Source: the human T2T-CHM13v2.0 reference genome, Homo sapiens
Assembly (NCBI RefSeq): GCF_009914755.1
Contig: NC_060947.1
Length of the DNA: 64,000 nt
Strand: one strand, 5' to 3'
Positions 50,392 through 64,000 of the stretch are shown here, piece by piece. The position numbers were made by a program, and so were the translations under genes. Under the pieces are notes generated by a model that saw nothing but the letters and a program-made list of their open reading frames with translations, searched no databases and was not told where the DNA came from. How positions within the stretch are numbered: position 1 is the stretch's first letter; each line of letters opens with the position of its first letter.

Positions 50392-53173
50392 GTAAGCGGG
50401 CCGGCTGGGGGCGCCAGACCCGGCGCGGGCGCTACGACCCGGGCCGCCGGCCGGCGCCACCGCGGATGCGCTGGGGACACGCCCCGCCCAGCGCGGGGCC
50501 GCCGCCGAGAGCCCCCGGGCCCGGGCAGAGCTCGGAGCGCCTCCATCCCCGGAACCAGGGGACTCCCTGGAGTGCTCCGGTCCAGGCTACGATCGAGGCG
50601 CCCCCATCCCTTGGGCCCAGGGAGAGGATCGGAGACACCAGGAGGCCCTCGGGGCTGGGTGAAGATCTTTGGTTCCGGGGGTCCGGGAGAGGATCCACCC
50701 TCCCAATACCCCGACTCCCAGGGCTCTGACCAAGAATGGAGGTGCCCCTTCTCCAGGCCTCGAGCCCTCTGAGCGCCGAGGCCGGCCGCCTACAGGTCCC
50801 CCGCCGCTGGGCGGACCCTCTCATTCGGTTCCCTCACGTCACCCGCTGTCCGGCGCCTGGGAACTGGGCTCCTGGAATTTCCTCTCCTGGGGCTGACAGA
50901 TGGCCCTCTTTTCCTTTCTCTGCGGCAGCCTCGCCCATCCCGGTCCCGGGCGTCTGCGGCCCACTGCCCCGGCCCTGGTTCTGCAGGTGTCCCCAGCCCC
51001 GCGGTGGCGAGATGAGCTGTCACCTTGGATCACAAACGTGCGCCCCAGCTTTGGGGTGCGGGTTCCCTGTCTGGCGGGTTCAGGCTGGTTTCCATCCAAA
51101 ACCTGATGTCAGACGGGCCCTTGAGGGATTCCCAACCCTTTTGGAGTTGGAGAAGTCTGTTCCCAAACTCTAGTTGCTCTTTAGCGCCTTAAAACTCGTG
51201 AGTTAAAACTGTTTGAAATAGCCTTCTGTACTGCAGCCAGAATGCAATATGATTAGTCCCATATGCTTTTGGAATAAACGAAAAACAAGAATTGTATTTT
51301 AAGTTTCCTTTTTGTGAAAGATATGCATGGGGTACAAAGCTGTCTTATTCACGTATAAAAACCCAATCAAGTAAAAACTGATTCTTGTAAAAGCACTATC
51401 AGATTTCATTTAATTAATTCCATGTAACGAAGCTCTTCCTTAACTTTTTGCTCGATTGTCTACGGGTTTCGATTGTTCAACTGCTTTTACAGAGATGTAT
51501 TTTGTGTGGAATTGGGATTTCTGTGGACATCAAGTGTTTCCACAGGTTATCTGATGTCTTGTCCTCTCTAGAGCAACTCTCCTTCCAGGGCCTGAGTGCC
51601 AAAAAGGAAACACCACAGGCTTCCCAGTGATTTGAAGACTTGCAAAGGCCCAGTGTGGTGACATTGTGCCTGCTTCCTCCTACCTGCACAGGGAAGGCGG
51701 CCTGCATGGCACTGGCGTCTGAAAATAAACTTTTGAGGAGAGAAGCTGCTGAATTGTTTGAAGATTTCTCTGAGTTCAAGCAGGGGAAAACAAAAGAAAG
51801 CAAAACAAAAAGATCGTGATTCCCTAACATTCTCGCTGAACATTGCAAACCTCTGGGCTCAGAAACCTATATCAATCCTAGTACAATTTTATGGGTTAAA
51901 AAGATGCCTAGTTATTTTGAAAATCAGGTGAGATCATGTTATAATTTTAACCAAAGGCTAGAGCCCCAGCTGTTTGATCAACCCTTGGATGGTTCTGGAA
52001 TTGGTAGAACTGCTTGGAATGCAGTGCCCTTTTATACCATATGTATGTTAAAAACCCAAACAACTGGAAAATGAACCAATTAAAATAGTGTTTTGCTTAG
52101 AAAAGGCTAAGGCTCACTTTCCAAGGGTAATATAAAACAGTTGTGGTTATATTGGAGTGGAGATTCATGCTGAAAGATATCAATGTGAGGATTTTCTTTT
52201 TAATGGTGTAACCTGTGACAAACGTGAATGGACCATACAGAAATCAGCTTGGAGAATCTTGTTTTCCATGTATTTCAGACACATTTCCTATATTCCTTTT
52301 TTCCAGAAATCGATTTGTTACTTTTCAGACAATCACTTAAAGGTTTTTAAAAAGTCTCCGTTCTGATGCTAAAATTGTCAATTGAGTCAACAAAAGTGGA
52401 TATTTTACCTTTTTTTTGTAAAGTAAAAACGTGTGTACTTTTATGAGACGTTGTTTTTATAGTGAGTGAAAATTCAGCAGGGGACAGCTTGAACTTCAGC
52501 TCCCATAATACCTTGCCCGAAATATGTATGGAATGTTCAGCAAGCCACAAACATTTAAGTGGAGTCGGCTGAAGGCTGTAATAGTCATTCTTCTTCCTCT
52601 TTCAAAACAGAACCTGGCCGAGTTTTATAGGTGGCGGGTTACCCTTTAAAGTTGTAATTAACTTTTATTATATGGGAAGAACTGCATGTCAGAGGGCAGT
52701 GTTTTCTCCATGCGCATCTGACAGTTAAAACCCTTTTTGAGTTGCTTTTGAGTCACACAGGAAAATGGTATTCAAGAAATACGAGGACTTTCACCAAACA
52801 GCTTCCACATAGAGACCTGACAGGAGAAAGGCAAATACATAATAGCTTTTTTTTTCTCTTTAAGAAAATGAAATTGTGGTGGAATAAATGAATGTAGTAG
52901 GTTAAGTGAAAATTGTTGTTGACTTTAAACATAATTTCATATAAACTTTAGTAAAAACTGTATAGCATAAAATATGGTCCAAGGATTGTAAACAAAATCT
53001 CTTCTTGAGTTTTATAGTAATTCCATTCAGTGTTGTGTTTAACATTTGATAGTGCCGGCTCAGAGCCTGTTGGTGAAATTATTGTAACTGCTTTTTAAAG
53101 TTACAACAAAGAAGATACAAGGAGACGTCTTTACGGATGTGGCTACAGATGTATACACAATCTCAATATTTTA

Positions 53174-56118
<2,945 letters not shown>

Positions 56119-57076
56119 TTTCTTTCTTCTTTGGAAAAAAAAGCAAGATCTGGGCAAGATAAGGGGAACAGGAGAAAAGTGCTGGCCTTGAGGAAGTGCT
56201 GGGTGTGTTCGGAATAAATGAGGGAATGAGTCAACTCGAGTGACCCAGAGCTGTCATGTAAGGGAGGTAAGACTCAGGCCAGAGCATGTAGCTCAGGGTC
56301 CCACAGCTTTGGGGCTGGAAGAGCTAGGATCATCTTGTTCAAATTCCTTTTTCTACTTGACAGCCACAGCCAATGGGTATGTTCTGCCGGCTGCTAGAAG
56401 GGCAAGGGACTTGAGCTGGGTCTTCTGACCCCCGTTTGGGTGCTCTTTCCAGAATGCCACCCAGCTGCCCAATCCACACAATTTTTAAGCATCCTGCCTC
56501 TGTTCATTCATTTATTCATTCATTCAACAACTGTTTGTTGCACAATTTCTGAGTCTAAGGCACTCTTCCAGGGTTTGGGACTCCAGTGTTGAGCAACACC
56601 AGACAGGCTGCCGTGGGGCTTACCTTGTGCTCGTGTCCTTTTCCACGAGGCCTCACCATGCTGTTCCTGCCTGCTGGTTTCTCCCTGCGGGGATCCCTTG
56701 GCTCTGTGATTGTGACAGATACATGCGGAATGCACTAGGCTTTTGCATGGATGTTTTCTTTCTTTTTTCCTGTATCAGCTTTTTCAGGTTGAATTGCATG
56801 AATGTTTTCATCGAAAGCCCATGATGGCTGCATGAGGTGTAGGCGATCATGTGATAAAACTGAGGCCAGGGGAGATTGACTTAGTAGCCTCACTTCCTAT
56901 AGGCAGTGAGGTCAACATCTGTTCGACTTCGGAGTTGAGCCAGGTCCCCTGCCTGTTCTTGACTGTGCCTTGGCTAGGTAACTGTGGCTAGGTAACTGTG
57001 CGTGCCCCTTGCACTTTGCTATACTCATTAGTTATTTTGATCTTGCATTCATTATTGTTTGATATTTAATCCTTCC

Positions 57077-57575
57077 TGTGGTATAGTGGCCCCTCAAAGA
57101 TGTCCACGTTGTAGTCCCTGAAGCCTGTTAATAAGTAACCTTCCATGGCAAAAGAGACTTTGCAGATGTGATTAAGTTAAGGATCTTGAGATAAGGAGAT
57201 GATCCTGGATTATGTGGGTGGGCCCGATGTCATCATAGGCATCCTTACTAGAGGGAGGGAGGAGGGTGAGGTCAGAGTCAGAGATGGAGATGTAACAACG
57301 GAAGCAGAGGTTGGAGTCAAGTGGCCATGAGCCAAGGAATGCAGGCGGTCTCTAGAAGCTGGAAAAGACAAGGAAATGGACTGTTCCCTAGAGCCTGCAG
57401 ATGGAACGCAGACCTGCTGACACCTTGATTTTTGCCAAGAGAAACTGATTCTGGACTTCTGACCTCCAGAACTGTAAGATAATAAATTTGTGTTGTTTTA
57501 AGCCACTCGGTTTGTGGCAATTTGTTACAGCATCGGTTTGTGGCAATTTGTTACAGCATCGGTAGGAAACTAACA
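57077..57575. mobile_element. MLT1D-like MaLR LTR with an internal 26-bp tandem duplication
   Basis: Contains GGCAAAAGAGACTTTGCAGATGTGATTAAGTTAAGGATCTTGAGAT. TCGGTTTGTGGCAATTTGTTACAGCA occurs twice at about 57507-57558. Confidence 0.75.
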
Positions 57576-58388
57576 CCCCCACATGCATTGTTATCTCAGT
57601 GAGAATGGAAGCATCTGGTCAGCTTGGTGTCTGCATAACAAACACAGCAGCGGCTGACATTTATTACATGCTTAGGCAGGTACTGTGCGAAGCATTTTAC
57701 ATCTTTTTTCTCTCCCTGGCTTCTCACAATACCCCCAGAGGGTCCTCGTTTCTTGTGCAAGCATGGAGAGTCACTCACATTGGGACTCGCATCAGATGTG
57801 CTGTACCAAAAACATATTTGATGAGCTAGCTAAATGTGGGGGTGGGGAGAGGTAGGCTTTCTGAGAGAAGAGGCCAGTTGGAAACTAGTGGAGGTTTTCT
57901 CAGGTGATCACAGGCCTGAGCTAGAGCGATCAGGGGCACTCGGGCTAGAAAAGGCAGGGATTGTGTCAGAGACATTGTGAAGGAAACATGGTGTAGAGGA
58001 CTTAGCTAATGCTTGAATGAAGGCAGGTGAAATCAGGAGGGCTGCTGAGGAATCTTACTGGCACCTAAGGAGGAGCCGGGACTCACTGGGGCCAACCGAA
58101 AATCCTTCTATTAACCCCACTCAGAAGCTTTCATTGGTGGTGGTGGTTTTGTGTGTTCAGTAACTCCGTTACATAGAGAAACATGTTAAGCTGTTCAAGT
58201 TACTGTATTGCTGATGGGCAGTGTCCTAAAAGGTGTCCAAACCAAGAAAGTGTTATTTTTGTTTTATTTTATTTTTGGAGACAGGGTCTTGCTCCGTTGC
58301 CCAGGCTGTGTAGTGCAGTGGCATGATTATAGCTCACTACAGCCTCCAGCTCCTGGGCTCAAGCAATCCTGAACGTGTTACTTTAGAC

Positions 58389-58608
58389 CAGGGTTTCTCA
58401 ACTCTGGTCTAAAGTAACCCTGGCGGTGGGGTAATTCCTTGTTGTTAGGGCTGTCATATGTAGCATATGACGTTTAGTAGCGTCCCTGGTCTGTTACCAC
58501 TAGATTGAGATATTAGTAGCAAACTCCCCACCCTCAGATGTCTCGAAAATGTCTCCAGACATTACCAAATGGCCCCCGGGGCGGGCAGTATCCCTTGGCT
58601 GAGAACTG
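58389..58608 (-). mobile_element. MER20 with a hairpin-rearranged end
   Basis: Contains CAGGGTTTCTCAAC...AAATGTCTCCAGACATTACCAAATGGCCCC...GAGAACTG. Confidence 0.7.
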
Positions 58609-59584
58609 TCTGAGCTACCTCCATCCACCTGGTTACAATGCTTCATCTTTAGCTGCTGAATTTGTTTCAAGCCTGTTGTCAGTTCCTGAGATACTATGCA
58701 ACAGAGACCTGATTTCTGTGTTTCCATGAACAAATTTCAAACATATTTATGTGAAAAACCCTGAACCAGTATATGAAACTGGGAACATATATTACTATGA
58801 GTGTATTCTTCAATTCTTAGAATACTCTCAATTGATAGGCATTTACTGACTGTCAAGAGTATACATATATGCAGTGAAACAGAAGAAAATGCATCTGTTC
58901 ACACTGGTGTTCTGCAGCAACCTGGAGAGCTGGCCTGGCCTTTTGAATGTGTGTGTGTGTATGTGTGTGCGCGTTTGTGTGTGGAGGGAGAGATCAGGCT
59001 GCCTAAGATGCTCCGAGCCATTCAGTGCCCCGAGCCATTCGGTTCTCCCTTTGGTTCGGAGGAAGGAGGGGTGAGAGGAGTGGAGTGCTTCTGCCTTTGC
59101 TCAGAAATTCTACAAATACAGAGCAAGGACATCTCGAAAGGCCGCTTATGGAGCTGTGGGATCTCCAGCATTTTTCATCTGGAGGGTTCTCTTTTCATTT
59201 CTTTAAAACTGAAGGGACTGAGAGAGAGCATGGGGAGGAGGGAGGGATGTTGATGTTGAGAATGAACGGGGGAGATGGCTGCACCAAGCCTGGGATCACC
59301 AGCCCCACAGTGGCAGTGGGTGGATCTTTGAGGCAGGCGGAGGTGCCCCAAGTAGCTCCTCTGCCCGAGGCTCCGTGCTCCAGGAAAGAGGGCATCTACC
59401 AGCTTGGGTATGGTGTTTCCAGGCGGCCCGGAGCTCGGCCAGGAGACCACATAGTCACTGCAGGAGACTTGTTCTTTCTGCCACTTAGAGCTCTGTCCTG
59501 TGGACGGGTGCCTGTCCCCAGCATGGGGGAGGCCTTGGAGTATGGGGTCAACTAGATTTACCTTAAACATTATTTCCATTTTTA

Positions 59585-59974
<390 letters not shown>

Positions 59975-60544
59975 TCACCCCTATGTAGTTCTGAATACTC
60001 CATAAAGAAACGCTGTGTTCATTAGCAGTCAGCCCCCATACCCCCAGCCCCTGGCAACCGCTAATCTGCTTTTCATCCCTATAGATTTGCCTATTCGGGA
60101 CATTTCACAGGGACCTCCCTGTATATTTCTTTGCAACTTCCTATGAATCTGTAATTATTCCAAAATAAAAAGTGAAAAAGAGATTGAGAATGAAGGAACC
60201 AAGCAGAGATCTAGTTATTTATAATTGAAAAATAAATTTAAATAATCTCATTTAGATTTTATTGTGTTTTGTCTATATAGTACTTAGCATATAGTAGGCC
60301 CTCAATAAATGTTTGCTGAATGAAATTATGCATGTAGAGACAGGTTTTATTGATTTATAATGATCATTCTGTATTGCTGTATTTCACTGACTTTTCCTCA
60401 TGTACACTATTCTGATGTTCTCAAGAGCAGTCCCTCCTTGTAAGCTGTCAGAGCACCCATTTTATTGGGGTGGCCACACCTTCTCTCGGCTCTGGAGTTA
60501 CGACCTTGTCTGTACTTCCTGGTGATGTCCTGATTGCCCTAAGC

Positions 60545-60765
60545 CAGTGGGTCTCAACTGAGGATTCCCTCTTCCTTCTCCCTACACCCAGAGCATTCGG
60601 AAACATTTGGAGAGATTTTTGATTGTTAACACCTGGGGGTAGGTTCTGCTGGCATCCAGTGGGTAGAGGTCAAGGATGGTGCTGAACATCCTACAATGCA
60701 CAGGATCGACCCCACCACAGCAATGAATGATCCAGCCCCTAATATCAATAGTGCCTGAGATTGCT
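60545..60765 (+). mobile_element. MER20
   Basis: Contains CAGTGGGTCTCAAC...CTGGCATCCAGTGGGTAGAGGTCAAGGATGGTGCTGAACATCCTACAATGCACAGGA. Confidence 0.75.
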
Positions 60766-62229
60766 CTAAGCCAATCATACAGCATCCGGGCCTGCAATTG
60801 GCTGAGGCAGGAGCACATGACTCAGACCTGGTCAATGAGCTGTGAGGGGAGGTATGAGACAGGCATGGTTGGGGAGAAGGCTCCTTGTCCCCATAGACCT
60901 ACGTGGAAGGAACTTCTGCTAATTGATGCTCTGTCTCCATGGAAACCTGGAGGTGGGCAGCCACACTGATGCCCCCAAAACTAGGAGGGAGCTGGCTGAG
61001 AAGCTGAGGGTGGTGGAGTGGAAAGTCTGTCTTTGATGAGGTGGGTGGATGGATGAATTAAGCTTTGGTAGCTGTCTGCCTTCAGTACCTTTTCTTACGC
61101 TAAACGTGGTAACAGCATCATCTTATCCTTTAGAGCCAGTCGAATTAGAATTTCTGTTATTTGCAGCCAGCTAAGGCATTCTCACTCGTGTGTTTTCTGT
61201 TCCTTGCCGCCCCATAGTTTTCATGATTGGCATAAGATGAGAGGTTTAGACTGCCACTGAGCTGCTGTCCCCTCACTTATTAAATATTCCTGTCTTTTTC
61301 ACTCTGATATTTATGATTATATAAGTACTAAAATTATAATGGTCCCTATGTGCAGTTATTTTCTCTGTAGTTTTGTTTTTCATGTTTGTCTTAGGAGATA
61401 GTTCTAGGCATGGAATGAATAAAACCCAATTTTTTTGTTAATTTGTTTGTTTTAATATATTTTTATTTTGGAATATTTTAGAGTTACAGAAAAGTTGCAA
61501 AGATTAGATGGTTTCCCTGTTGTTAACATCTAATATCACCGTAGTATATTCTGTGGTGATGTTTCTTTGTCAAACCTAAGAAGCCAGCCTTGATAACATT
61601 ACTATTAACCAAACTCTAGACATTTGAATTTTACCATTTTTTCCAGTAATGTTCTTTTTCAGTTCCAGTGGTTTTTTAGAACTATTAAACTCTTGATATT
61701 TGTATGGTTCAACCTAATATTTCTAAGTTTGTCCTTCATCTTTGTTTGGTGAGTATTCTTTTGTGCAGTTGACAGCCTTGTTAGATTTGCTCCAAGGCTT
61801 CATGGTAGAGTGCAGGGATTCTAAAGGATTTTGGAATCATGGACCCTGGGAAATCTGACACAAGGTAGGGATTCTGCGTTCAGAAAAAGGTACCAGCACA
61901 CAGAAGCTTGCATATGCTTTCAGGAGGATTAGAGCTCTCTGGAAACCCAGCTGTGGTTCCCAGAATAATGGAGGCTTGGTTTGAAATGAGCAGACACCCC
62001 CAGAGATGTCTGCCATGCACTCACTCTGTATTGTTGAATGAATGCACGCTCACATATTCACCATCACTAGCGTAGGTGTATCATAAAGGATTAATTCAAC
62101 AGTGATTCAGGGAGAACCTTCCGTGCTTTCTCCACTTCTTCCCCTCCCTCATATCCAACCCAGCTTTAGACTGTGGTGTGCAGCCACTGGATACACAAGT
62201 ACTAGATAGGTTTCACATGAAAAGGGGAG

Positions 62230-62876
<647 letters not shown>

Positions 62877-63770
62877 TAAAGCAAATCTGTTTTTAAATTC
62901 AGGTGGTTACCTTGATTTGGTAGTTGGAGAAACCAGACTATGTAGATTAGACTTGGCAGCCTCTAACCACGCAAAAAGCTTTTTCGGGCTTCTCGAAATG
63001 TCCATACAATTTCCAGGGAAACTTGCCAAGAAGCCACATGTTAACATTGCCCAGGAGTCTTGCCAACTGTAAGGGGAGGATACCACCATGTAATAACCCG
63101 CTAATCATTACTAAATTAAAAATATAGTGGGTTTTTCACTAAGGCAACTAACTTTTTCATTGAGGCATTTATCTAATAGGGTGACTCATTAGTACCACTA
63201 TTTGTTTTATAAAGTTGAGTGATATCTGGTTACCTGGCAGTATTTGGAGTCAAGTGAATTTTGTGAATAAATGACCAATTGATACTTGGCCTTTAAATAT
63301 TAACATTTTTTCTTTCACATGTTTATTTCAATGTTTAATATTAGAAGTGTTTAGGAGTCTTTATTTAGAAGTTTGGTGATGTTTTTGTGACCAGAAATAG
63401 GCTGTAGGAATTTAACTCTAGTTAATACCAATTAGCCTGTGGTCAAATTGGTTTCCTTATGTGTTGTTTCACTTAAAGTTATAGTTTCCATGGAACTATT
63501 GAAAACGTTAGTGAGGACTTACTACTTACTGTACCACTAACTGCAGGGACTACCTAGGTGTGGGTAGCCCTGATTTCAGACATGGACAGCTTTGAGTCTG
63601 ACTCGGGACTGCTATTTGCTGTGTCTCCTAAGGCAGGTTATTTGGGCTCTCTGAGCTTCAGTTTCTTCTTCCATAAAATGGGGGCAAAGCATTTGCCCTC
63701 TGGGTTGTTTTGAAGGCTCTAAGATTAGGTAAGGATCTTAGGTGAGTGTCTGCTGCAGAACAGGCACTCA

Positions 63771-63998
<228 letters not shown>

Positions 63999-64000
63999 TA

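Larger units (their letters stand above)
48950..51060. promoter_or_regulatory. WWC3: CpG island / WWC3 promoter and 5' UTR
   Basis: About 2 kb of very high GC and CpG density with GC-box motifs (GGGGCGG) and G-runs, surrounding the WWC3 start codon. Confidence 0.9.

Noticed and set aside
48930-51173. Long overlapping ORFs in the CpG island (for example 415 aa on -, 266 aa on +)
   Set aside because: Stop codons are depleted in GC-rich DNA, and the products are low-complexity Gly/Ala/Arg/Pro with no domain. Only the WW-encoding frame is supported.

Overview
This is Alu-dense primate DNA, very likely human Xp22.2, covering the CLDN34-WWC3 interval; the locus assignment comes from protein recognition and was not checked by a search. 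It contains the intronless CLDN34 ORF (1941-2585, +). It also contains the CpG-island promoter and first coding exon of the Hippo-pathway scaffold WWC3 (ATG 50111, first WW domain, splice donor after 50391), followed by 13.6 kb of its intron 1. Between the two genes, split over several reading frames at 17824-18508 (-), lies a full-length decayed claudin gene of the CLDN22/24/25 type, with 2 in-frame stops, about 3 frameshifts and possible promoter remnants. It is a candidate lost (unitary) tight-junction gene. Other notable structure includes a 23-30 kb hotspot of locally templated direct and inverted duplications that multiplied a CTCF-like motif, and a datable, TSD-flanked inverted duplication in WWC3 intron 1. 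There is also a polyadenylated retro-insertion of unknown origin at about 6.9-8.4 kb, and two uORFs in the WWC3 leader, one of which reads a (GGC)7 repeat as poly-Ala. The rest is Alu, L1M, MaLR/ERV LTR and DNA-transposon fossils. Repeat family names and boundaries were judged by eye and are approximate. No prokaryotic system, CRISPR array, tRNA or rRNA was seen.
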